This document shows, in pieces, positions 10,545-21,196 of a stretch of 64,000 bases of DNA. The stretch comes from an uncultured Acidobacteriota bacterium. Its GTDB lineage: Bacteria; Acidobacteriota; Thermoanaerobaculia; Gp7-AA8. Each line of letters begins with the position of its first letter. The stretch's first letter is position 1. The stretch is from positions 224,001-288,000 of the forward strand of contig CAVUKB010000007.1 in assembly GCA_963741955.1 (NCBI GenBank), written 5' to 3'. The notes under the pieces were generated by a model, which had not been told where the DNA came from, did not search any database, and worked only from the letters and a program-made list of their open reading frames with translations. The position numbers and the translations under genes are program-made.

Positions 10545-12648
10545 GATTCCGAGCTCTCGTACCCCTTCCGGTCGACCACGATGCGGGTCACGTCGGCGAT
10601 CCTGCGTGCGATGGTTCCGACATTCCGGAGGAGTGCGAAGCGGTTCTTCCGGACTTCGAGATCGTCGACCATCACCATGACCTCGTCGAAGAACTTCTCG
10701 ATCTCCGGTGCGAGCCCGGCGAACGATTCGAGTCCGCTCGCGTACTTGCCGTGAGCCGCGAGATCGTCGACCTGTTCACCCACGAGGCGCGACAGCTCGT
10801 AAAGGCGTTTCTCGGCCGGTTCGACGAACCGGCCGGCGTCGACAGCGGTCGACGTGGCGTCGCCGGTGATGTTGTCGATGCGTTTTGCAGAGTCGAGGAT
10901 GGAGAGGAAGAGGGGATCGCGGCGGACCTGCCGGAGCGCGGCGACGCGGTCCTGAAGGTCGGTCAGAGAGCTCGTCCACCCTGCGGCCATCGCTGCCGCG
11001 ATCTCGTCGTACGCAAAACCATGGACGCTCTCGAGGAGCGTTCTGACGCGCTCTGCGATGAACTCGACGAGGTGCTCGCGCGTTTCGCGCGGGTCGCTCC
11101 CCTCGATCTGGTAGCCTTCGATCGCGAAGTCGATGAGGCGTGACACGTCGAGCGGAAGCTGCCACGGATCGCGGTTGAGGAGGATCTGCACTGCTCCCTG
11201 AGCGGCACGACGGAGTGCGAAGGGATCTTTCGATCCGGACGGCTCGAGACCGATCAGGAAGAATCCGGCCAGAGTGTCGAGACGGTCGGCCAGCGAGACG
11301 ATCGCTCCGACCTCGGATCGCGGAAGCGGATCGTCGACACTCACCGGAGAATAGTGGTCGTAGATCGCCTGCCAGACCTCTTCCGAATACCCTTCCTCGC
11401 GCGCATAGATGCCGCCGATACGCCCCTGAAGATCGGTGAACTCTTTGACCATCTCGGTCGGGAGATCGACCTTCGCGAGCTCGGCTGCGTTCTGAACCAT
11501 TTCCTTCTTCGCGGCCGACCCCGATTCGGCTCGGATCTTTTCGGCCAGCACTTTCATCCGATCCGTCTTCTCACGGTAGTTGCCGAGCTTCTCCTGGAAC
11601 TGGAGATGTTCGAGATCGGAGAGGCGCTCGATCAGCGGGCGTTTGCGGTCGGTGCGGTAGAAGAAGTGCGCGTCGGCGAATCGGGCATTGGTGACGAAGG
11701 CATTGCCGCTGGCGGCGTTCCCATCGCGGTCGGCGTCGTTGTCCATCACCGCGAGAAACGAGTGAGTCAGCGATTCTTCGCTCCGGATCGGGAGCTGCTT
11801 CTGATGGACGCGCATCACGGTGATCAGGACTTCTTCCGGCAGCTCGAGGAAAGAAGAGTCGAACTCGGCGCGGACCAGACCGGGATACTCGGTGAGGAAC
11901 CGCCACTGCTCCCAGATCGTTTCGTCCCGCGCGGGGACTCCACCGACCTCGCTGGCGAGGGTGAGACTCGCGTCGCGCATCCGGCGAACCCGCTCGTCCG
12001 CGTGAACGATCACGTGCGCCTCTTCCATGCGGCGGACGTAGTCTTCGTATCCGGTGAGCTCAATCTCGCGACTGTCGAGGATGCGGTGCCCCCGAGTGGT
12101 GGTACCGGACGCAATCCCGAAGATTTCGATCGGCACCGGAGCTCCGTCGAAGATGGATACGACGGAGTGGACGGGGCGGATCCAGGAGTTGCCGGGACGG
12201 CCCCAGCGCATCATCTTCGGCCAGCGGAGTCCTTCGATGATCTTCGGGATGCGTGCAGCGAGAACCTCCGCGGCGGTGAGGCCTTTCACCGAGCGGCGCA
12301 GCCACACGTAATCGTCGTGGGTCGAGAGATCGTTGATCGTCGCGCCATTCTTCCGGAGGAATCCGAGCATGGCCGGAGTCGGATTGCCATGGTCGTCGTA
12401 CGCGACTTTGGCCGGAGGTCCCTTGACCTCCTCGTCGCGGTCGGCCTGTTTTTCGGGGAGTCCGGAGATCCGGAAGAAGATCCGTCTGGAAGTGGCATCG
12501 GCGAGGATCGCATCGGAGGCTGGATCGCTTCCGGTGAAATCGGTCACCAGTGTGCGGAGCTGTCCGGTGAGAGTCGCGAGGCGGCTCTCGAGCATCCAGG
12601 CGGGGATCTCTTCGGCGAGCAGCTCGAAAAAGTACTCCTTTTTCTGAC

Positions 12649-12652
<4 letters not shown>
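10541..12652 (-). CDS. glyS: Glycine--tRNA ligase beta subunit
   Basis: [25 protein letters not shown] and [10 protein letters not shown] motifs. Confidence 0.96.
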
Positions 12653-13572
<920 letters not shown>

Positions 13573-13626
13573 GCGCGCGCATTCTAACTCGCAGCAGAAT
13601 CGATTGCACGGCGTCCCGGACGAGAT

Positions 13627-14337
13627 TCAGAGACGGAATGCGGCCGGAGGAGGAGCGGTCGACGTTTCCGTCGGTGGAGGCGGCTGCTCGTCCGGTTTCT
13701 TCTTCTTTTCGGGCTTCTTCTTCTCCGGAGAGGTCTGAGCCGGCGGCGGCGCGGTCGAAGTCGTCGTCGGAGCAGGTGCGGTCGACGTCGATGTCGGCGG
13801 CGGAGGGCTCGGAGCGGTGTCCGAAGGCGGCGGAGTGGCCGTCGTCGATGCGGTGGAGGTCGGAGCCGGGGAGGTCGGCGCCGTCGTGGTGGAGGTCGAA
13901 GTCGATTGCGTCGAGGTTGGTGCGTGCGTCGACGTCTGCGGCTCGGGCCGAGCGGGAGCAGGCGCGGGAGCAGGCCGTGGCGCAGGCGTCTCGGGGCGTG
14001 GCTCCGTACGGACGACGGGGGTGCCGGAACGCATCGGCATCTCCGGCTGCTGGTCGGGGAGGCGGGTCGCAAGCGACGGATCGGTCGAAGTGATGGTGGT
14101 ATCGGTGCCGACGATGCTGAACGCGGTGGTGGTGTCCGCATCGGTGTCGGTCATCGGGGGAGTCTCGAGGGTGGGAGCCTGTTCGCCCGGAGCGCCGATC
14201 GCGGTGCTGACACTTCCGCCGCTCCCCTCCTGTACCACGTCGTAATCCTGCTGTTTCGCGTCGCGTCGTCCGGTCCAGCCGCACGAGGTGACGAAGAGAA
14301 GAAGGACGAGAGAGCTGACCGCAAGGAGAATTTTCAT
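13627..14337 (-). CDS. Pro/Thr-rich, low-complexity lipoprotein
   Basis: Signal peptide with VTSC lipobox, then long P/T/S/A tracts. Confidence 0.65.
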   Translation of the reverse strand: MKILLAVSSLVLLLFVTSCGWTGRRDAKQQDYDVVQEGSGGSVSTAIGAPGEQAPTLETPPMTDTDADTTTAFSIVGTDTTITSTDPSLATRLPDQQPEMPMRSGTPVVRTEPRPETPAPRPAPAPAPARPEPQTSTHAPTSTQSTSTSTTTAPTSPAPTSTASTTATPPPSDTAPSPPPPTSTSTAPAPTTTSTAPPPAQTSPEKKKPEKKKKPDEQPPPPTETSTAPPPAAFRL

Positions 14338-14395
14338 CAGGTTCGCCGGTGCCGCCGCGGGGGTGACGCGCCCGGGCGGACGTAATGGAAGAGTC

Positions 14396-14410
14396 GCATC
14401 ATTTGTGCCA
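14396..14410 (-). promoter_or_regulatory. Putative sigma54 -24/-12 promoter
   Basis: Minus strand TGGCACAAATGATGC has GG-N10-GC spacing, about 60 nt upstream of the lipoprotein start. Confidence 0.5.
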
Positions 14411-14496
14411 GCCGACCAGGGACGGGAGAGTCTTTCTGTAACACGTTTGTAGGTGCGCGACCCGGTCGAAGAGAACTACAATGGATTCATTCACTT

Positions 14497-15804
14497 ATGC
14501 GATTCGCACTGAAGTTCGCGACTCTCGCCGGAGCGTGCTTCCTCATGTCCTGTTCGCTGTACAAGGACGTGTCGGTGACGCCTCTGCTGCTGATGCCGGG
14601 CGACATCGCGATGCGTGGGGTGGCGGTGCCGGAAATGGTGGAGGCGGGTGAATTCGCGCGCGCGGCGGCGCAGGCCGCGCGGATCGACGAGAAAGAGAAT
14701 CCGTCGCCGCGCGATCTGGCTGCACTCGGCCGTGCCGAGCTCGCCTGCGGCCGTCTGGATGCGGCGCGACGGCACCTTCGCGCTGCGCTCGATCTCAAGC
14801 CTTTCCACGCGGACATCGGCGACATCGGTTGGTCGATCTCTCAGACGGAATACCTGGCGAACAACTTCGCGGCGGCGTACGACTGGGCGAAGTTCGCCGA
14901 GGATCACGGACTGTCGCTCAAGCAGTGGCATCTCGATTACCTCAAGGCGCTCTCCAACGTGCAGATCAATCGGATCTCGTGGCCGGCGCCGGTCCGCGTG
15001 CCGCTGAACATCGGTAATCCCGACGTACCTCGCATCGACGTCGACGTGAATGACCTCGAGCGGACGAGCGGAGTGATCGACTCGGGGGCGGTTCTGACCA
15101 TCGTCTCGCAGTCATTTGCGAAGCGGGCGGAGATCCGGCCGCTGGGCGATTTCCGTGGAACCTTCTACGGGCTTCTCGGAGAGCCGATCGAAGTCCGGTT
15201 CGGGATGATCGACGGACTGAAGATCGGAGACCTTCTCGTCGAGAACGTTCCGGTCGCGATCATGCCGGATGAGAAGCTGAGCTTCTTCGTCAGTAAACGA
15301 CAGCCGTTCAAGATGGATCTCCTTGTCGGAGTGAACCTCCTCAAGGAGTTCCGCCTGGAGTTCGACTACCCGCAGGAGATGGTGACCCTCACGCCCTTGA
15401 CGACGAAGGACCGGAATCCCGCTCCGGATCAGAATCTCTTCTTCGTCGGCTTCCGGCCGTTCGTCTACGGAACGATCAACCGCAAGGGTTGGTACCTGTT
15501 CGTTCTCGACACCGGATCCGAAGTGACGTTCCTCAACGAGGGGCAGCTCGGGATGACCAACATCCGGGGGCTGCCTCGGTTCCACGGGGCGACGCTGCAG
15601 GGGCTCGGTGGAGCGCAGAAACGCGGGGCGAAGGTCGAGAACGTCCAGATCGGAGTCGATCGCTGGGCCGGCGATTTCAGGACCCTCCCGCTCTACGGCA
15701 ACGAGCAGAGTAATTCGATCGGAATACTCGGCGAGAACTTCCTCCAGAACTTCCGAGTGGTGATCGACTTCGGAACGATGCGGATGGAACTGCACCGGAA
15801 GTAA
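14497..15804 (+). CDS. Lipoprotein with TPR-like N-region and two retropepsin-like aspartyl protease domains
   Basis: Lipobox-like LMSC. IDSGA and LDTGS catalytic motifs, followed by LLVGVNLL and GILGENFL respectively. Confidence 0.85.
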   Translation: MRFALKFATLAGACFLMSCSLYKDVSVTPLLLMPGDIAMRGVAVPEMVEAGEFARAAAQAARIDEKENPSPRDLAALGRAELACGRLDAARRHLRAALDLKPFHADIGDIGWSISQTEYLANNFAAAYDWAKFAEDHGLSLKQWHLDYLKALSNVQINRISWPAPVRVPLNIGNPDVPRIDVDVNDLERTSGVIDSGAVLTIVSQSFAKRAEIRPLGDFRGTFYGLLGEPIEVRFGMIDGLKIGDLLVENVPVAIMPDEKLSFFVSKRQPFKMDLLVGVNLLKEFRLEFDYPQEMVTLTPLTTKDRNPAPDQNLFFVGFRPFVYGTINRKGWYLFVLDTGSEVTFLNEGQLGMTNIRGLPRFHGATLQGLGGAQKRGAKVENVQIGVDRWAGDFRTLPLYGNEQSNSIGILGENFLQNFRVVIDFGTMRMELHRK

Positions 15805-15807
15805 CGT

Positions 15808-17682
15808 CTACGCGCCGCGTTGCGCCCGCGGGGTGATGGTGCCGTCGAAGACCTCCAGGGCGAGATCCACTCTGCCGAGAGGCGCTGAGACCTGCACGCC
15901 GGCAATCCGTCCGCGAATTCGTCGAAGCGTTTCCCGGGCGATGGTGACGCCTTCGCGCAGCGCGAATTCCTTTCCTTTGTCGCTGGCGATCCGCATCCGT
16001 TCCATCACCTCGTCCGGGACCGATACGCCCGGCACTTCGTTGTTCATGAACTGGGCGTTGCGGAACGAGAGAAGCGGCCAGACACCCGCAACGACAGGAA
16101 GTCGCATCGGTTCGATCCGATCGAGAAAGTGCTCGACCTGAAGGACGTCGAACACCGGTTGGGTGATCGCGTACTCCGCTCCCGCCTTCAGCTTCCAATC
16201 GAGCCGCCGGATCTCGTAGTCGAGATCGAGGTGACCGGGATTCACGCCGACGCCGATGGTAAAAGCGGTAGGAAGCCCGAAAGGATTTCCGCCGAGATCG
16301 AGTCCGTGGTTCAGGAGGTTGACCATGTTCGTCAGGCCGATCGAGTCGATGTCGAACACGGCGGTCGCGTCGGGGTAGGGTCCCATCTTCGGAGGATCTC
16401 CGGTGATCAGGAGGAGATTGCGGATTCCGAGTGCCGCGCATCCGAGGAGGTCCGAATGCATTCCGAGAAGATTGCGGTCGCGGCAGCAGTAGTGGAGAAC
16501 CGGTTCGATCCCGACGCGCTGCTGGACGAGCGTCGCGACGGCAATCGCTCCCATCCGGTTCTGAGCGCGCGGACCGTCGGGAACGTTGACCGCGTCGATC
16601 CCGGCGTCCTTGATCAGGCGGACCGATTCGAGGAGGTCGGCCGGGTCGGGACCCTTGGGCGGAGTGATCTCGATGGTGGTGAGGAACTCGCCGTTCGCGA
16701 GCTTCCGCCCCCAGTTGGAGCGTTCCGCGAGAGCGACCGGTTCGGTGCCGCCGATCTCGGCGCCGGCTCCGTTCTGTTTCGTCTCGACGACGGTGAGCGT
16801 ACGCCGGGGCGAAAGAGGCCGGACCGCATCGGCCATCTTGCGGATGTGCTCAGGGGTCGTCCCGCAGCAGCCGCCGAGAAACTTCACTCCCTTGTGGATC
16901 AGCCGCGTTGCGTACTTCGCCATGTAGTCGGGCGAAGCCATGTACATCTGGCGGCCCTGCACCTGCCGCGGAAGTCCTGCGTTCGGGAGGCAGGAGATCT
17001 TGCGGGTGGTCGCTGCGGCAATTTCCTCGATCGCGTCGAGCATCACATCCGGGCCGACGGAACAATTCAGTCCGATCACGTCTGCGCCTGCTGCATCCAG
17101 ACGTTTTGCGATGGTGCGCGGAGTCGCACCGAAAATGGTCCGCCGATCGGTGCCGATGGTCATCTGGGCGACGATGGGAATGGAGCAGACGTCGCGGATG
17201 GCCTGGATCGCCTGTTCGATCTCGGTGATCTCCTGAAAGGTCTCCAGAATGAAGAGATCGACGCCGCCCTCGGCGAGCACTTCCACCTGCTCGCGGAAGA
17301 ACGCGCGGGCCTCGCTGAGTGAGGTCGGGCCGAACGGCTCGATCCGGATTCCGAGAGGTCCGATCGCTCCTGCGACATAGACGGAATTGCCCGCGGCTCT
17401 CTTTGCGATCTCGACGGCAGCGCGGTTGATCGCGGCGAGCTCGTCTTCGATCCCGAATGTCCGAAGCTTGACGCGGTTCGCCCCGTAGCTGTTGGTCTCG
17501 ATGATCTCAGCGCCGGCCTTGACATACTCTTTGTGAATCTCGAGGACGTACTCGGGATGGGTGAGGTTGATCTCGTCGTAACACTTGTTGATGAAGATGC
17601 CCTTGGAGTAGAGCATCGTCCCGATCGCGCCGTCGAAGAGATAAACGTGCGAATCCGCCAGCGCCTGAATGAAGTCCTGCAT
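15808..17682 (-). CDS. yitJ: Bifunctional homocysteine S-methyltransferase / methylenetetrahydrofolate reductase
   Basis: DGAIGT, GLNCSVGP and GGCCGTTP in the HMT domain; CRDRN, ITGDP and ITQPVF in the MTHFR domain. Confidence 0.93.
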   Translation of the reverse strand: MQDFIQALADSHVYLFDGAIGTMLYSKGIFINKCYDEINLTHPEYVLEIHKEYVKAGAEIIETNSYGANRVKLRTFGIEDELAAINRAAVEIAKRAAGNSVYVAGAIGPLGIRIEPFGPTSLSEARAFFREQVEVLAEGGVDLFILETFQEITEIEQAIQAIRDVCSIPIVAQMTIGTDRRTIFGATPRTIAKRLDAAGADVIGLNCSVGPDVMLDAIEEIAAATTRKISCLPNAGLPRQVQGRQMYMASPDYMAKYATRLIHKGVKFLGGCCGTTPEHIRKMADAVRPLSPRRTLTVVETKQNGAGAEIGGTEPVALAERSNWGRKLANGEFLTTIEITPPKGPDPADLLESVRLIKDAGIDAVNVPDGPRAQNRMGAIAVATLVQQRVGIEPVLHYCCRDRNLLGMHSDLLGCAALGIRNLLLITGDPPKMGPYPDATAVFDIDSIGLTNMVNLLNHGLDLGGNPFGLPTAFTIGVGVNPGHLDLDYEIRRLDWKLKAGAEYAITQPVFDVLQVEHFLDRIEPMRLPVVAGVWPLLSFRNAQFMNNEVPGVSVPDEVMERMRIASDKGKEFALREGVTIARETLRRIRGRIAGVQVSAPLGRVDLALEVFDGTITPRAQRGA

Positions 17683-17710
17683 GATCGACTCCCGGCCAGG
17701 CGGCGCCCTG

Positions 17711-17740
17711 AAATAAAAAAGCCCCACGTGTCGGTGGGGC
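17711..17740 (-). terminator. Intrinsic terminator (attenuator) in the yitJ leader
   Basis: GCCCCAC-cgacac-GTGGGGC followed by TTTTTTATTT, about 30 nt before the start codon. Confidence 0.85.
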
Positions 17741-17767
17741 CGTTCAGGATTCGCTGTTGATCCTGGC

Positions 17768-17817
17768 GCTTTAGCCTTTTTTTAAGCTGGTTGCAATCGG
17801 CCTCAAATCATTCCAGC
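17768..17817 (-). ncRNA. SAM-II-like riboswitch aptamer
   Basis: GCUGG-AAU-GAUUUG-AGGCCGA-UUGCA-A-CCAGC-UUAAAAAAAG-GCUAAAGC shows a P1 stem plus the GAUUU, UUGC and GCUAAA hallmarks. Upstream of a Met-synthesis gene. Confidence 0.8.
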
Positions 17818-17896
17818 AAACCTGAAATCTACGCCTGCCCGATAAACAAGTCAAATCAGCGCTGCTCGCAACCGATCGTCGATCGTGAGTGCTTCT

Positions 17897-20080
17897 TCAC
17901 TCGTCACTGTCGTTATTGCCGAAGATTCTTCGCAGAACCCCCTTGACCCGTTCGCGTGTTCGCGACATCTCCTGCGACCACCGCCGGAACTTCTGGAATG
18001 TGATGGCGGGAGGCTCGTCGAAACTCTTCCGGTCGAAGAAGAGACTTCGCACGATGCGCCCCGCGACGCCGCGCGGACAGTGATGCGTCGGAGCCGTTCC
18101 TTCGAGAAAGACCTCTTCCTCCGGTCCCGGACAGCCTTCCGCCCAGAGGAATCCGGTCTCCGGGTCGATGTCCCGGAAGACCACACCGTCGGGCGGCTCG
18201 ATCGTCCTGGAGGAATGCTCGACGTTCCCCATGAACCTTCCCCAGATCGGAAGTGCGGCCTCGGCGGAGGAGAGCCGCAGTGGTGCGCCACGGTCGTAGC
18301 CGACCCAGACCGTCGCGACCAGATCCGGGGTGTAGCCGACGAACCACGCGTCGCGGTAGTCGTTCGTGGTTCCCGTCTTTCCCGCAGCATTCGCAATTCC
18401 GTATCGGCTGACGCGGCTCGCGGTACCGTGACGGACCACCCCACGCAGAAGAGAGTGCATCACATACGCGACATCTGCATTACAGACGCGATGCTTCTCG
18501 ACGTGGTGCTGGTAGAGAACCTCGTCATGACGATCGCGCACTTCGTCGAGCAGATACGGCTCGACCCGCTCGCCGAGGTTCGGAAATGCGGTGTAGGCGG
18601 CAGTGAGGTCGCGCACCGATACCTCAGTCACTCCGAGCGCGAGCGAGGCGACGTCATCGAAATGTTCCGGGAAGCCGAACTTCTTTGCTTCACGGATGAT
18701 CTTTCCGGTTCCGATCTGCCGGGAAAGACGGATGGTGGGAACGTTGAGTGATTTCTCGAATGCTTCGCGCACCGTGACGCGCCCGCGAAAGCGCTCGTCG
18801 TAGTTGTGAGGCGACCAGACGTCGTTGCCGGAGAGCTCGATCTCGAGAGGCGCGTCGAGGAGGAGGCTCGCAGGAGTGACCTTCTTCGACGCGATGGCCG
18901 CCGCATACGCGAAGGTCTTGAACGCCGACCCGGGTTGCCGTTTCATCTGCGAGGTTCGATCGAAGCGGCTCTGGTGAAAATCGCCGCCGCCGACCAGGGC
19001 ACGTACCGCGCCGGAGCGCGGGTCGACCGCGAGGAGCGCCGACTGGAGCGGATCCTGATCGTTGCGGATCCACGAGAAGCGCGAACGAAGTGAACGAAGT
19101 CCTCTCCGTACCGCCTCTTCCGCCGCCTTCTGTGCTCGCGGATCGATCTCTGCGACGATCCGCAGCCCGGTCGTGGTGAGGGCGTCGTCGCCCAACCGGT
19201 CGACGAGCTCGGCGCGGAGCGCGGCGAGGTAATAGGGGAAAGGCGTCTCTTCGAGCACTCCCTCATGAAGACGAACCGGACGCTCGATGGCATCCTGGTA
19301 TTGTTCGGTGCTGAGCCAGTGGCGGTCGCGCATCACTTTCAGAATCGCATCGCGGCGCTCGCGTGCGAGCTCGGGACGCTTCTCGGGCGTGTCGCGATTC
19401 GGTGCCCGAATCATCCCGGCCAGCACTGCTGCCTCGCCCGGTCGGAGGCGCGAGGGCTTCTTGTCGAAAAGAAGTCTCGCGCCTTCGTCGATGCCGAGGA
19501 TCGGTCGTCCATGGTAGTGGCCGAGATAGACGTCGTTGAGGTATGCCTCGAGGATCTCGTCCTTCGTGAGCTCACGATCGAGGACCAGAGCCATCGGGAT
19601 CTCGAGGAGCTTGCGGCGAAACGAGCGTTCGTTCGACAAAGCGCGCGCCTTGACGATCTGCTGGTCGATGGTGCTCCCACCCTGCTCGATGGCGCCGGCC
19701 CGGAGATCGGCCACGAGAGCACGAAGCATCCCGATCGGGTCGATGCCGAAGTGGTGACGGAAGCGGACATCCTCGGCTGCGAGGAATGCGTTCTTCACCT
19801 CGTCCGGAAGCTCGTCGATCTTCACTGGAGTGGTGGTCCTCCAGTCGGGGCCGTAGACTTCGAGGAGAGGCTCACTCTTCGAGACGGTGCTGAGAATCCG
19901 AGTCGGAGTGCGCCAGGGGTGGTTCCGCATCTGGCGAACCATCTGGTAGCTCGTCCACCCGATCCATCCTGCGATTCCGTAGATGATCGCGAATGGGAGA
20001 ATGATCGCCGTGAGGAGAATGCGGCGTCGCGTGAACGAGAGACCGGGCATGAGTCCGCAATCGTGCAACGGGGCTGCCAC
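17897..20080 (-). CDS. Class A penicillin-binding protein (transglycosylase-transpeptidase)
   Basis: EDVRFRHHFG, QGGSTIDQQ, RKLLE, GSAFK, SLN and KTG motifs. Start could be 20050. Confidence 0.93.
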   Translation of the reverse strand: MAAPLHDCGLMPGLSFTRRRILLTAIILPFAIIYGIAGWIGWTSYQMVRQMRNHPWRTPTRILSTVSKSEPLLEVYGPDWRTTTPVKIDELPDEVKNAFLAAEDVRFRHHFGIDPIGMLRALVADLRAGAIEQGGSTIDQQIVKARALSNERSFRRKLLEIPMALVLDRELTKDEILEAYLNDVYLGHYHGRPILGIDEGARLLFDKKPSRLRPGEAAVLAGMIRAPNRDTPEKRPELARERRDAILKVMRDRHWLSTEQYQDAIERPVRLHEGVLEETPFPYYLAALRAELVDRLGDDALTTTGLRIVAEIDPRAQKAAEEAVRRGLRSLRSRFSWIRNDQDPLQSALLAVDPRSGAVRALVGGGDFHQSRFDRTSQMKRQPGSAFKTFAYAAAIASKKVTPASLLLDAPLEIELSGNDVWSPHNYDERFRGRVTVREAFEKSLNVPTIRLSRQIGTGKIIREAKKFGFPEHFDDVASLALGVTEVSVRDLTAAYTAFPNLGERVEPYLLDEVRDRHDEVLYQHHVEKHRVCNADVAYVMHSLLRGVVRHGTASRVSRYGIANAAGKTGTTNDYRDAWFVGYTPDLVATVWVGYDRGAPLRLSSAEAALPIWGRFMGNVEHSSRTIEPPDGVVFRDIDPETGFLWAEGCPGPEEEVFLEGTAPTHHCPRGVAGRIVRSLFFDRKSFDEPPAITFQKFRRWSQEMSRTRERVKGVLRRIFGNNDSDE

Positions 20081-20113
20081 GGCTCGAACCGGGCCGCCCC
20101 ATCGCTGGTGAGA

Positions 20114-21196
20114 CTACTGGATGTCGCTGTAGAACTTGCGGACGCGAGGTGAGAAGTACTGTGCGCTGAGCTCGAGGTGACGGTCGAGAGTGCGAGCCTG
20201 GCGGAACGCGCGAACGGCATTCTGACGCGCCTCGGCGTTGGATTCGCCCTCCAGATAGTACGAATAGAACTGCGAGGCGCCGAGGAACGCCCACAGCATC
20301 GGATTGTTCTTCTGCACCCGGGTCAGTTTGTCGAATTGCCTCGCGGATTCCTTGAAGTCGCCTTCGAAGTAGAACTGGAGAGCCTGGCGGACCTGCACCT
20401 TCATGTCGGCCATGACGACCTCAGTGGCGCGAGAGGGGGCGGTCTGCTGGTTGGAGACTTCGATCTGCGCTCTCGTCGCTGCGGCGTCGAACGTCCTTGC
20501 AGCGCGATCGGCGAGATCTCCGACCGAACGCCAATCGGCCGTTTTCGACGCAGCGGCTGCTTTCGTTTTTGCGTCGAGGAGAAGCTCTTCACCGTCGTTG
20601 AACGCGGAGGCGGCGTAGGTCTCGGCACGGGAACGTCGCGCTTCGAGGCGCTTCTTTTCGGCCTGAACGAGCAGTCCCTCGGCGCGAGTACGCGCGGGGG
20701 CGAGTAATGGATCGACGGCCGGCTGGGCCGGCCGCGACGGCGGAGGCTGTGAAGGCGCCGGCTGGGCCTGAGTGGTCGTCGCCGCAGCCTGCTGTTGCTG
20801 CTGGATCTCACGCTGTTGGGCGATCAGCGTGAGTCGGGTCTCGGTCCGCTCGATGAACGAGTTGACGCTCCCGAGATCGACTGCGCCGGCTCCGGTCGCC
20901 CGCTGAAAATCGCTGATCGCCTTCTCGAACTCGTTGGTACTGAAGTAGGCGATCCCGCGGTAGTAGTACGGGTGGTAGGAGATGAAGATGTTGCCGTACG
21001 TCCGGGTGCGGTCGTTCTCTTTCGGGTTTTTCGCGATCGCTTCGCTCATCTTGCTGATCGCGGTCGACCAGTCCTTCTGCTTTACGGCATTCAGACCCGC
21101 ATCGTAGGCGTCGTAGAACGTATCGGCGGCGAACGCGCTGCTGACGGCGAGGAGGATCACGAAAAAAATCGGAACGGCTCTGCGCATGCTGGTCAT
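20114..21196 (-). CDS. Secreted TPR protein
   Basis: Signal peptide ending SAFA; TPR-like helices at both ends; ATGA overlap with the upstream kinase. Confidence 0.75.
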   Translation of the reverse strand: MTSMRRAVPIFFVILLAVSSAFAADTFYDAYDAGLNAVKQKDWSTAISKMSEAIAKNPKENDRTRTYGNIFISYHPYYYRGIAYFSTNEFEKAISDFQRATGAGAVDLGSVNSFIERTETRLTLIAQQREIQQQQQAAATTTQAQPAPSQPPPSRPAQPAVDPLLAPARTRAEGLLVQAEKKRLEARRSRAETYAASAFNDGEELLLDAKTKAAAASKTADWRSVGDLADRAARTFDAAATRAQIEVSNQQTAPSRATEVVMADMKVQVRQALQFYFEGDFKESARQFDKLTRVQKNNPMLWAFLGASQFYSYYLEGESNAEARQNAVRAFRQARTLDRHLELSAQYFSPRVRKFYSDIQ

